Below are positions 11,353-24,065 of a stretch of DNA of 64,000 nucleotides, one piece after another. A program made the translations under genes and the position numbers. Numbering within the stretch: the first letter of the stretch is position 1; each line of letters starts with the position of its first letter. This stretch comes from Lama guanicoe. Lineage: Eukaryota. The stretch is from positions 2,606,001 to 2,670,000 of the forward strand of contig MU053652.1 in assembly GCA_013239625.1 (NCBI GenBank), written 5' to 3'. A model generated the notes under the pieces. That model saw nothing but the letters and a program-made list of their open reading frames with translations. It did no database searches and was not told the DNA's origin.

Positions 11353-14300
11353 AAAAATTCTCTCAAGAAAATCAAATCTAACAACGTATAAAAATAATTA
11401 CACATCACAATCAAATGGTATTTATTCCACACATGCAAGATTTATTCAACATTCAAAAATCAATTAATGAAATCCAGCACAACAGGCTAAAGAAGAAAAG
11501 TCATAATATCAACTAGATATTTCAGAAAATCAACACCCATTCATAATTAAAAATCTCAGCAAATGAGAAGCAGAAAGGACCCTCCTCAAACTGATAAAGA
11601 ACATCTAAAAACCTACAGCTAACATAATAGTGAGAAATTGTATTTTTCTCCCTAATATCAGGAACTAAGTGCTCTTACTGAACATCATTCTGGGAGTTTG
11701 AGCTAATGCAATGAGACTAAAAAAGGAAATAAAAGGTATACGGATTGAAAAGAAAGAGAAAACTGGCGTTGCTCACAGATGACATAATTGTCTATACAGA
11801 AAATCCCAAAGAATCAACAAAAAAACTCCTGGAACTAATAAGATATGATAGCAAGGCTGCAGGACAGAAGGTTAATACACAAAATATAGCTGCTTTCCTA
11901 TATACCAGCAATAAACAATTATAATTTAAAAGTAAAAACACAATACCATTTATATTAGCACCTAAAAAATGAAGTACTTGAGAATAAGTCTAACAAAATA
12001 TGTGTAAGATCTACATAAGGAAAATTATAACCTCTAATAAAGAAATCAAAGAAAATCTAAATAAATAATGGAGAGATATTCTATTGTTCATGGATATACA
12101 GTTCAGTATCGTTAACTGTCCCAACTTGATCTATACATTCAATCCAATCTCAAACAAATCCCAGAAAGCTATTTTGTGGATATGAACAAACTGATTCTAA
12201 AGTTTATATGGAAAGACAAAAGACCCAGAATAGCCAACACAATACAAAACAAGCACAAAGTTTGAGGACTGACATTACCTACCTTCAAGACTTATTTAGA
12301 GTTATACTGCTCAAGACAGTGTGGTAATGATGAAAGAACAGACATAGATCAATGGAAAATAATATAGAGTTCAGAAAAACAGTCAAGTATCTTTGACAAA
12401 AGAGCACAGGGAATTCAATGGAGAAAAGACAATCCTTTTAACAAAAGGTGCTGTAACAACTGGGCATCCACATGGCAAAAAATAAATAAATAAATAAAGG
12501 CCATACACCTTTCACAAAACCTAATTCAAAACGAATCTTAAATCTAAATGTGAAACACAGAACTATAAAACTCCTAGAAGATAATATGGGAGAAAATTAG
12601 GTTACTTGGGTTTGATGATGATTTTAAGCACCAAAAGCACAATCCATGAAAGAAAAAAATTGATAAGCTGGACTTAATTAAAATTAAAAACTTCTACTGG
12701 GCAAGACATTGTTAAGAGAAACAAACAATAAGCCACAGATGAGGAGAAAATATTTGCAAAACACAGAAGTCTGTATCCAAAATCTACAAAGAACTCTTAA
12801 AAGTCAACAATAAGAAAACAAACAATCCAATTCAAAAACAGACAAAAATGTGAGCAGACACCCCAACTAAGAAGTATACTGATGGAAAATAAACATATGA
12901 AAAGATGCTCAACATCACATATCATTAGAGAATTGCAAATTAAAACAGCAATGAGATATCACTACACACTCATTAGAATGGCTAAAATCCAAAAAACTGA
13001 CAGTACCAAATAGAATTGAGGATTCAATTCCCATTGCTGGCAGGAATGCCAAAAGGTATAGTGATCATATTTCACTGTATGATCCAGCAAGCACACTCAT
13101 AGGTATTTACCCAAATGAACTGAAAATTTATGTCCAAACCAAAACTTTCACATGAATGTTTATAGCAGCTTTTATTCATAAGTGCCAAAAACTGAAAGCA
13201 ATCAATATGTCCTTCAACAGGTGAATGGATAAAGAGTGATATATTCATATAATGGAATATTATTCAGAAATAAAAAGAAGTAAGCCATCAAGTGATGGAA
13301 TGACATGGAGGAATCTTACATGAAAGTTGTTAAATGAGAAAAAAAGTATATGAACATCTGGAAAAGACAAAACTATAGACAATAAAAAGATCAGGATTTG
13401 CCAAGGGTTCAACAGAAGGAAAAGGAAGAACAGGTGAAACACAGGATTTTTAGGGTAGTGAAACTATTCTGCATAGTTCTATAACGGTGGATACATAATA
13501 TTATGCATTTGTCAAAACCTATGAAACTCTACAACACTAACAGTAAACCTTAAGGCATGCAAGTTAAAAATTTTTTCTTAGGAAGTTAAAGGCTCCCAAG
13601 AAAGAATGCAAACTGTGACAAAAGAATGTAACTATTACAAATTTTCAAACAACTCCACTGAAAGTAATGGGGGGTTTGACCTTTGTAAATAGATGGGAGT
13701 ATATAAGACTAAAAGCAAAAGGAACTGTACATGAGTACTGTACTCTAGTTAACCAAGTTGAGTCCTACAAGGTACAGATAAACAATTCTGATACCAGTAT
13801 ACATGTACCCTGTAACAATTAAAATGTTTGGCAAATAGTTACACCCAGGCTTCTAACTATTGGAGTGGAAATTTACAGATCACTGAGGGGAGGGGTCTAG
13901 AATTATCCATGTGGCAATGGATTAGATTAAGAGACATCAGTAGAAATTTATGTTTAATTTAATATAGACACTAATGGTTACAAATAGAAATGTTTATAGA
14001 TATTTATAGATATGCATATATACAGGTAACTATACACAAATGTTTCTTTGCTTTGTCAGCTGAGAGGTATTAAAAGAAGCAAGGAGTATACCTAATAACC
14101 AGATCTTAGTTTCTTAGTTTCTAATACCATTTTCCAATAAAAGGAACCAGGGTTCCATAAAGAAATGGGGCGGAAAATATACAAGATGAGTCTGGAGCAG
14201 CTTGTAGTACCAGAAAGTAAAGAAGTGCTTTAAAAAAAAGTCAGTTGATGGGAGTTATGTCAAAGAGGCACATAAGCCAAGGAAGAACTTTTAAAAACCA

Positions 14301-16315
14301 AAGCTGGAATAATTTGAGCAACAAAATAAACTAGTATTAGACTATAACCCAGAGAATAAACTAAGTATATGTTAAACCCAAATTGATATAAATTATTGAA
14401 TAAATTAATAAATGGGCAGAAGAATTCTGAATAAGTTATGTAGATATTCTACTCTAAAGGATGAGAGCATAATTCCTCAATCTATGTGTGGGCTCTATGG
14501 TGGGCTGCACATAGAAACTTCCTTCCAAAAAGTACAGTATGAAAAGAAGAAAAAGAAGTAACTTTATAGTAGAGAAACCTGACAAACACTGACCTCAACC
14601 AGGTAATCAAGGTCAAAATCAACACTGAAACATCATGCTTAATAGTATGTATGTAATGTGATGAAAATGGCACTTTATCTCTTCGATCTTTCCCCAAACA
14701 CCATAGTCTCTGCTTAATCATGTGTTTAAAATAAAAAAGAAAAACCACACACAAATTCCAAAAATACACACATATTCCACCCTGCAATATACCCGACGAG
14801 TACTCCCCAAACTGTCAAAGTCATCAAACAAAGAAAGGCAGAAAATGTCACAGCCAAGAGAAGCCTAGAAGACACGACATTAATTGTAAGTATGATAAGA
14901 CCCTAGAATAGAAAAACCACATTAGATAAAAACTAAGAAGATCTGAATAAACTATGAACGAGAGTAACAATAATGTATCAGCGTTGGTTCATTAACTGCA
15001 ACAAATATATCATACTAATGTAATATGTAATTATATTAGCTAAATAATAATAGGAAAAGATGCTGGGGAGTATATGAGAACTCTCAGTACTATCTGCTCA
15101 GTATTTCTGTAAATCTAAAATTGCTCTAAAAAAATTAAGACTATGATTTAGGGAAAAAAGAAAGCAACTACAGCATACATATTAGAAAGGAAAATTAAAA
15201 ACTCTGAAGATGATAAGATTACATATCCATAAAATGCCAAATAATCAATGGAAAAAAATACTACAAAGAGGAGAATTTAACTGAAAAAAGTATATCAACT
15301 TAAAGCACAGAAATCAGAGCCTTCAAACTTAAAAGCACAAAGCAGTCAGATGATATAATGGAAGAAAGGACCCCACTTACTACAGCAACAAAATAAAATA
15401 TTAGGCATACACTTAAAAAAGAAATGTGTAAAACCTATGAATAAAAATTTTAGACAATCCTAAAAGGCACATAAGTAAGCCTGAAATAAATGCAAAGGCA
15501 TTACCATGTCCCTACATAGAAAGACTCATCATTATAAAGACGTCAATTCTCTCCACATTAATTTGCAAATTTAATTACATCCAAAAATATGAACAACGTT
15601 TTTCCTGAAACTAGACAATAAAGGGGATAGAATTCACATAGATACTGAAGTTTATATAAAAAATTAAACCACCTCCAAAACCCTGAGAAAGAACAAAAGA
15701 GCAACAAGGAAGGACTAAACCCGACCAGATGTTACAGCAAATTAGGAAGTCTATATGATTAAAACATTGGAGGATTCTATAAATAAATAGACATTTAGGA
15801 ACAAAACAAAAAATAAAAATTCATAGAACTTAGTAAATGATCAAGATAGCATCACAAATCAGCAGGAAAAATATGATATTTATACTAAGTAATGTTGAAA
15901 TAACCAAATAGCCATTTAGAAACAACATGATTAGATTTATACCTCATTCAGGACACCAGGTTAAATTCCAAATGGATTAGAAAACTGGATTAGAATACTA
16001 AATTAAATACAAAAACACATAAACACTAGAAGAAAACACATGTAAATCCTTTACAGCTTGACACTGAGAACACACTGCTTATATACAACTCAAAATCCAG
16101 GGGAAAAAAAAAAAGTAAAACTCGACACATTCAACTAAATAGAAATAAAACTTTCAGAAAGAAAAAAATGAAACTGCCCCTATTTGCAGATGGCATGATT
16201 CGCCTACACGGAAAATCCAAAGGAATTTACCACAAACAACAAATAAAAACTTCCCAGAACTTACGTTAGTTCAGCAATGTCACAGGATACAAGATAACAC
16301 ACAACAGACAATTGC

Positions 16316-16505
16316 AGAAGCAGAAACACAGATTTAGAGAACAAACTTGTGGTTGGGGGTTAGGGGGTGGTACGGGGGTACAAACTTTTGGGTGTAAGAT
16401 AGGCTCAAGTGTGTACTGTACAACATAAGGAATAGAGCCAATATTTGGTAGTAACTATAAGTGGAAAGCAACTTTTAAAAATTTTATTAGAAATTTTTAA
16501 AAAAG
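16316..16505 (+). mobile_element. Short cetartiodactyl-type L1 3' end nested in an older L1
   Basis: cacagatttagagaacaaacttgtggttg...gggtgtaagataggctcaag...gtacaacataaggaatagagccaatatt matches the recalled artiodactyl L1 terminus. Confidence 0.75.
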
Positions 16506-17551
16506 TATCTTATATACATACTAACAATGGACAAGTGGAACTGAAAATTAAAACCACAAAACCATTTACAGTGGCTTCAAAGGAAATAAAATAAATATAA
16601 CAAAACATGTACAAGAGGCTTTCTGTCCTAAAAATTACAAAAAGCTGATAAAAGAAATCAAAGACAACCTAAATCAATGGAAAGCCATATTATGTTCATG
16701 AACTGAAAGACTCAACGTAGTAAAGATGACACAGGAAAAAATAATAGAATTGTAAAAGTACAGAAGCTACAATCTCATAAATCAAATTTGAACTGGAAAT
16801 AGTGGTATAAGCTCAAGATATTTTTTCTCTTAAAAAATATTTCCTAGTTAGTCACCAAAAAGGGTCTAAAAGAAATGACAATGCAGTAGTAATACGCATT
16901 CCTAGTTCCCAATTGTGAACTCTAAACATCATCCCTCATTGGGGCATGACAGACAGAGGACACTTTGCCAAGTCAAAAAGCATAAAAATAAATAAAGATA
17001 AATGAGGTCATGTGAAAGGAACACAGGATGGGAAAGCCCCTACAGAGGCTTCTATTTGCCAAAGATGGAACAATCTGCCATCAAAAAGAATGACTACTGA
17101 AACTTAAAAAAAAACAGAATGAATACATGAAAAGTCTAAGGTTCAAAAATGATTTTCTTTTTAAAAAAGAAAAAAATTAGACACCTCGAGGTGTCTAATA
17201 TCAACCCATTACTCTGAAACTTGGTCATTAAAAGAAATTAAGCATTTATCATGTTTTTCTAACAAAACTTTATTTCAGAGCAACTAAAAAGCTCTAATAT
17301 ATGAGGAAGAATTCTACACACAAAAAAAATCCAGCTAACAAATGTGAAAGGAAGGACAGAATTAGAAAAATCCAATATTGATACCTTTAACAAACTAGCT
17401 TATTTTGCAGTTATCTTTGGAGATTAAAATCACTCATGAAAGGTGGTTGAGAAACTTTACAATAAAGGTATCAGGTTGTCACTCCCAGACTTTGTGCCTC
17501 CTGAAGTGATACGATACAAAGTACACGGCACCACCTACGGAGGAGTCTTAA

Positions 17552-17552
<1 letters not shown>

Positions 17553-17593
<41 letters not shown>
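17553..17593 (+). repeat. (AAC)13 microsatellite
   Basis: Read directly from the sequence. Confidence 0.95.
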
Positions 17594-17594
<1 letters not shown>

Positions 17595-17967
17595 AATTTA
17601 ACCCAAATCTTTCCACATAACGCCCAATCCATACAAAATATGACAGAAGAATTAGTCAAATGCTATCACAAAGAAGTAACTAGACATATTCAGAATGCGG
17701 GAGCCTCTTCAGGATAAATAACGTGATTTCTTCAACAAATCAATGGATGAAAGAAAAACAGCAGAACAGTAAGACTGTTTTTGATGAAAATAATTTTAAG
17801 GGCTGTAACAACAAATACAATGAATGCTTGGATCTTGATTCAGACAAACTATAAGAAGGCAATTTTTTAACAAACAGAGAAAACTGAATATGAGCTGAGT
17901 ATTACTAAAGAACTATGCTAAATCTGTTAGGTAAACCAATGGCATTGTGGTTATAAGAGAAATTGTC

Positions 17968-18473
17968 TCTAGCAGGGAAATTCAAAGATGGCCCCAAATG
18001 GCCCCTACCCTTCTGGTATTAATGCCCTTGTAACTTGCTTCTAACAAACAGAATATATAGAGAAAGTAATGGGATGTCATTTCTGGGACTAGGCCACAGA
18101 AAACTGTGACTTCAATCTGCTAGCATACTCTTCCTGTTTTATCCATTGCTGGCTTGGATGAAGCAAAACACCATGTTGTGGAGGCCCACATGGCAACAAA
18201 AAGAGGGCAGCCTCTGGCCAACAATTTTTAAAAGAAGGAGTTCTGCCAATACTCACATGAGCTTAAAAGCAGATTCTCCCCCACTCAAGACAACAGATGT
18301 AATCCCAGTCCTAGTCAACACTTTGACTTAGCTGCCTTAAAAGAAATCTAAAGTAGAGGTCCACCTAAGCTATTCCTGAAATCCTGACCTTATAAACTAT
18401 GAAATAATAAATATATTGCCTGAAGCTGCTAAGTTTGTGGTGATTGGTTAGGGAGCAACCAATAACAAACACA
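17968..18473 (+). mobile_element. MaLR solo LTR (MLT1E/F-like)
   Basis: aagatggcccca...gggatgtcatttct...ccatgttgtggaggcccacatggca...aataaat...gctgctaagtttgtggtgattggtta...aacaaacaca. Confidence 0.75.
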
Positions 18474-20205
18474 ATGCCCTCATCCAGATGCATACTGAAA
18501 TATTAGAGTATAAAACAACTTACATTTATTGAAAAATACACCAGAAGAAAGAAAAAGAGGTGGTGGAAACAGATTGAAGGGGGAAAAAAAAGGCAGGCAA
18601 AATGTTGATAGTTGTTAAAAGTTGGAACAATAGTATTCATTTTTCTTTACTACTGGATACAATGAGAAAATGTTTATTAAAAAGTTTCTGAAAGAATGAA
18701 TGAGTGAAACAGCAGTGACAGCATATATACTCAACTCTTAGGAGTTTAGCTGTGTAGAGCAGCAGATAAATGGGAGATGTGTGGTTAAGGCAAAGATTTT
18801 TAAAGATTAATAAAAGTTGGTCTGATGGGCCCTGAATTGGGGGGGGGGGTCAAGGGTAGGAAACAAGTGGTTGATAATACAGGAAAGAAGAGTTAACAGA
18901 ATGAACCAGATCCACATAGGATCTAAAGTATAAGAGTATAACTAATCTAAAACGATCTCTTCTATTTTAACAGAAAAAAAGATAGAGGAAATGAAACATC
19001 AATTTTACAGCACTTAAGTGTAACCTGGATATATAACAATTTTACTTTCATTGACAAAATGTTTATATTAAGTCTAAATGAACTCTAAAGTTGTCTCACA
19101 CTGTTAATGTGCTGTAGTCCTGTACAGAATATGACTGGATTTATAAAGATGTGGATTCTAAACTCAGTTCTAATGCTTACTTCATAAATGACCTTGATTA
19201 AGCTATTATACTCTTACTGGTCTCGGTCTGCTTTTGTAAGTTAATACTTACACTACACTTTGAAGAGTTGTTGTTGAGAATTATGGGATGTCAATGGCCT
19301 AGCAAATAATAGGCCATCTACTTACCATCACCCAGAGCAAAACTCAATACAGCTTATATTACCAAGCACTTGAAAATGTTTAAGACTGTAGTAATTATCT
19401 CTAAGGACTCAAAGCACACTGGGAACATATATCTACATATACACTCCATACAAACAAAAGGCAGCAACGAGGGAAAAAAGAGAACGGCAAGAAAATAAAC
19501 TAACATTCCTATAGAGAAGAATGGTAAGAGAGAAAACTCTCACTAGCCAAAAACCAACTTGGAAAAAGCTAGCTAATGTGGTCTGGTGTCCCCCCAAAAC
19601 AAAAAAAAAATCTGCTAAGACATTCATATAAACATAATTCTCACTTGCTGAATATCTCAGAAGGTCTGAATCTTTTCTGGAATTAGACAATTAGCCCATT
19701 CAGAACATATTTCAAAACTAAGAATTGCCCCTAAAGCAAAGACTATAAAGTTGGACACAATTAGGGAAAGGTTTACTGCTGCTTAACATGCACATTCTTC
19801 AAACCTCATACAAAATTACAATATATCCACAAAGGAATGAGAAAGATTTAAGATATCAAACTGTTTCCAAGCACTCTCAAAGGCTTCATTTATAGTAAAT
19901 AATTTTACAGAAATAATTACTACTATCTCCTGATTAAATCAAGTTATCAAAAAAATTCTTTGCTGGGCAATAATTTAGCTTAATTCGAGTTACTGTATGT
20001 GTGATGAGGGGGGTGAGGGGGTATGTTTATTTTAAAAACCTGCTCTGTAATAACTCTATGCTATCCTGCACAAAAAAGACCTTAAGCATACAATCCCCTT
20101 GTTTGCATGAAAATAAATAAAAGGCTAGAGAAACTAAATGACTGATCCAAAATTACCAATTAACTGATGACAGAACTGGGACTATAGCCCAAATCTCCTT
20201 CCTTA

Positions 20206-20656
20206 TGAGACATGAGGGAAGGGGGCAGGGCACAATCATTAAAAGAATGACACAGCAACTGAGGATAGGACATAAATTGGTTAGAACCAAATTAGACCAA
20301 GATGGCAGAAGATTAGACTTCCAGTAGACCTGAAGCCTCATTAAAGGCTCTCTGTAATACATTAGCATGCTAAATGACACACCCACAGGTGCCATGACAG
20401 TTTCCAGACGACTATAAAAGGCCAAAAAGTGGGCAAAGGCCAAATTCCTAGAAATCCCCACCCCTTCCACAAAACAGCTAGAATAATCCTCCCATTCATT
20501 CATACCCATAAGAACCAACCACCCCCACACCTTGTGGCCACACTTACCTTCTGAGACTGCTTGCACTGTCTATGGAGCGTGTATCTCCCTGAATAAATCC
20601 ACTTTCACTTTACATTCTTTTCCGCACAAGGCAAGAACCTATATTCTCTGCCAACA
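20206..20656 (+). mobile_element. ERV1 solo LTR, MER41-like (cetartiodactyl type)
   Basis: TG...CA termini; 4-bp TSD ctta/cttg; MER41 hallmarks recalled from consensus (caagatggc, cattagcatgctaaatgacacacccacaggtgccatgacagtt, tataaaag, aataaa at about 20593). Confidence 0.8.
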
Positions 20657-21859
20657 CTTGTTCAGCGTTCTCTTTATACTACAGTATTTCAGTTTTTTTC
20701 ATGTTTTCCTTTGTACCAGACCTAACTCCCCACCCCTCCACACCAGCTTAATGTAGCAATTTAAACTGTACCAAATGTGAGAGATCAAACCAATATTAAC
20801 TAATCCAAATCTGTCCATTTTGTGAGAATTCTCCTTTTATCCTCCTAACAGGTATCTTTGACCAAGGCCTAAGTTCTATGGCACAGTATTTTTCAAACTC
20901 TGTTTCTCACAGAGACTCCAGAAGATCTGAGCATAAAAAAAATTTTTTTTTAATATTTTACATTTATCTTAAAATTATTTTAAAAATTAAAAAATATTAT
21001 GGACCAAATATTACTACAACAGATACCACCCTCCAAAAAAACTTATTTACCTTGTTTTTATGCTAGCTTTGGAGTAAAATTTCTCCTGACGTTTATATGA
21101 ACTTTTCAAAGTTTGTCACTGATTAATATACTATAATTACAAGACAGTTTTTTTAAAAGTTCAGTTCTGCATATGCCTGTTCATGTAAAATTCACAAATA
21201 GATTCACAGCTATAACATAATTAATAATTGGACATGGCTCTGAACTGTTTGGTTTTAATGTTCTACTCAAACATTAATAATACATCATATGGTAAGTCAC
21301 ATTTTGAATCACTGTAGCACAGAATTTAAATTTGAAGTGCTTTTCTGACTTTTTAAATTATTACATGGAATATGAGCAGCTTAATGATACTAACTCTGAA
21401 AACAAGTTCATTACAGGAGATAATAAACTTTCCTCATTCAACATTTAGACCACCTGCATTTTGTATCTTATACACCTAAAACTCTCACTCTTTATCAAAT
21501 TCAGAATGTTCATTGAGAATAGTTGATCCAACCAATAGTTCAAGCTATTGTGCCAACCAATATGCCACATGCCGACATGCCCCACATGCCAGCCAACATG
21601 TTACCAAAGCACTGTCATCATTACAGTTCAGTGTCCATTTTTATAATCGTTAAAATATTTTATTGCATTTCTATCATTATAAGAATAGAAAATTAAAATA
21701 CAAAAGCCTACTAGTAACATTAATTTAACTGAAACAATAATGGGCATCATCAGGTGATCCAAAAGAACATTTCAGACACTAAGTAGACTTAACTAGCTTA
21801 AACGTAAATGAAATGGTGAGAAAAATAGTTAAAAGGTAACATCAACAGCTCAAGTACAG

Positions 21860-22230
21860 GTGTGCCAATTATGGATTTATTCACTCTCACCTCCAAATTC
21901 ACTCTTTTTGCCTACTCTTTGAAAATGAATTTGGGCCCTTTAATTTTCCTTGGCCAGCTGGCACAATGTTAAGCTTTGTCAGCAGAGAAGGGCAGGAGAG
22001 TCATCACAGGACGTAGTGGGTATCTTTGCTTCCTCCCTAGTCAACTGAGCGGTGTTTTTGCTTCCTAGTTCAAGTATGCTTGCCCAAAAGGCTCCCACAG
22101 TACATGTAGCTTCTTCAGCTCTTTAGCTCCCACAGTGCAGATGCTTCTCCTGTATCCTGCTTCTAGAGCATATGCGGCTCTCCCAAAGCCCAGCTCATGC
22201 CTGCATGCAAGTAGCTGCTCCAGGACCAAA
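21860..22230. mobile_element. ERVL LTR fragment (LTR41-like)
   Basis: tgtgccaattatggatttattcactctcacctccaaattcactc...gccagctggcacaatgttaagctttgtcagcagag resembles a recalled LTR41-family terminus. Confidence 0.45.
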
Positions 22231-22759
22231 CTCTGATATCAGAATGTATTTTACTTGTGGGTACATTTTTTAGTCTTTTCACATTTAGCAGGCCTTTTCA
22301 AACTAATGACTTGAATCTTTCTTCAGCTCAGAAGATTTTTCTTCTTTTCTCTGGTATCTCTCTAGACCTATTAGGTAGAAGGCACTGAGCCACCACATCA
22401 AATTGTACTTTGCACAAAAAGAGCCCACTGAGGAGTAAAAAGTGAAACCCAGCCTGAGTCCCACTTACCAAGTCCTGCATCCTGTTCAAAAAGCATCACT
22501 TTCTCATCAAACTATGTATTATGAAAATGAGAAAGTGGACTTTCTGGATCAAGGCAGTCTTCATATCTCAAATTTTCACTATTTTCTTTATATTTTTCTT
22601 TTTGTTCTAGATTTCAGATCATTTGCTATGTGTATATATATAGCTGTAAAACAAACAGATGTGTATGTACATAACTATGGAAAAATCATCATTTTTGTGG
22701 GAGCTCCATGATAAGTCTAGTATTTTGGATCTAGATCCAAAAGAAGAGATTATTCTATG

Positions 22760-24065
22760 CCCTGAGGGCATCAGGATTTTTAAAAGCTCCCCAAGTAATC
22801 TGAATGTTCAAACAAGATTGGGATCTCCTGCTGTCAGTTAATGGTACTCAAGCTTTTTTGCTCAAACACTCCCTAAAATAACTTTGAAAATCTATGCATA
22901 TTCTCACCATTTAAAATTGGCAAGCAAAATTCTTCATAGCTTATCATGATTGCAAAAGTTGTAATTTCCAGTGTACTTTAAATATTGTCAATTTAAATAA
23001 GGCTGTTATATATTTATTCTTTATATCACATCTATTTTTAAAAAGGTATAGGCTCAAAAATTTATATTATTCTTGCTTTTCCTTAAATTTCCCCCAGAGA
23101 ATTTTAATTAATGTAATATTCCTTTATGCTACAGGGGTTTTTATATTTTATCCTATATGACTGCTCTGGAAAAAAAGAGTATAAATTAAACTTAACCTTT
23201 TTGGTTTTGATTATGAGACTCTAATTTTAAAACTTTCTTCTGGATACTATTATCAATATTATAAGTACACTACTGACCAAACAATACAAATATATTACAA
23301 ACTTTGACAGATAATAATTAACACATTTGCCCACTCTGGAACGGGTGCCCCTGAGGAAACACAACTGTCACTGAGATTTGGGTGACATGACGATCAATAT
23401 GTTAAATACAGAGTAAAATGGTGTTAAAAATGATTCTCTGTTTTTTATGGTTATTTCATGCATATATGTATGAATATCACTGCTAGAATAAAATAGGATT
23501 TAGTATCAAGTTTATACCTATTTTTACTTTTATAGATGTATGCACTGAACATCTTACTTATATAAATTCATGGGAAGAGAAGGAATTTCTGTTAGTACTG
23601 TTAATTTTTTAACTACCTTCCAAATTATATGCCAAAAATCACATAATGAGTGATTATTAAAAATTATTTTTTATGATCTACCAACAGACAAGTTGATTAG
23701 GTCCTCCTTTTATTTTGTTTAAAAAAAAAAAAGAATTGAGAGCCACCCATTTTACAAGAGGATTTTTCTAAGTCATTTGCTTTCTTAACTTCATTATGAA
23801 CTTTTAAAACTGTCCTTTTGTTTGGCACTCTGGAGGTTTTTACACTCCACGGAATAGATGAGAAGCATGCCTCTTTTGCAATCATGAAACAGGATGTTGG
23901 AGGGCTAGAAGCCTTCAAAGTGCAGGCAAATCACCTGGGGTTCTTGTTAAAAATGCAGATTATACTCAGTAGGCCTGAGATCGGTCTGGGATTCTGTATT
24001 TCTAACAAGCACCTAGTAATGGCAATGCTGCTAGTGAGTAGGCCACACTTTTTGAGTAGCAAGGG
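22760..24065. mobile_element. hAT-Charlie cluster: MER5-like pieces at about 22760-22835 and 23910-24065 flanking a probable Charlie-derived AT-rich segment
   Basis: MER5 motifs ttttaaaagctccccaagtaatctgaatg and aatcacctggggttcttgttaaaaatgcagatt...tctaacaagcac...ccacactttttgagtagcaagg. Assignment of the middle segment is weak. Confidence 0.6.

Larger units (their letters stand above)
9690..15140 (+). mobile_element. About 5.4-kb degenerate L1 (L1MC-type): ORF2 endonuclease/RT remnants plus long 3' UTR
   Basis: ORF 9897-10226 (SKYLREKLTEMQEEKDKSTII...LDLINYYRKFYP) is L1 ORF2 endonuclease-like; gctcacagatgacataattg (about 11771-11790) corresponds to the RT FADD motif region; many stops and frameshifts; 3' UTR about 13250-15140. 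Confidence 0.9.
15150..17950 (+). mobile_element. Series of older L1 fragments (ORF2 remnants and an L1MC/ME-type 3' UTR)
   Basis: ORF2-like blocks, e.g. ctatttgcagatggcatgatt (LFADxMI) at about 16180 and aaagaaatcaaagacaacctaaatcaatggaaag; 3' UTR-like sequence from about 16.75 to 17.95 kb. Confidence 0.7.

Noticed and set aside
14240..15130. Similarity between 1-835 and 14.3-15.1 kb as a segmental duplication
   Set aside because: Identity is patchy and limited to L1MC-type 3' UTR sequence; two independent insertions of one family explain it.
21561..21605. Cluster of four CATG cores resembling a p53 response element
   Set aside because: Core spacings are 8, 9 and 12 bp rather than 10, and the purine flanks are poor; more likely a short degenerate ACATGCC repeat.
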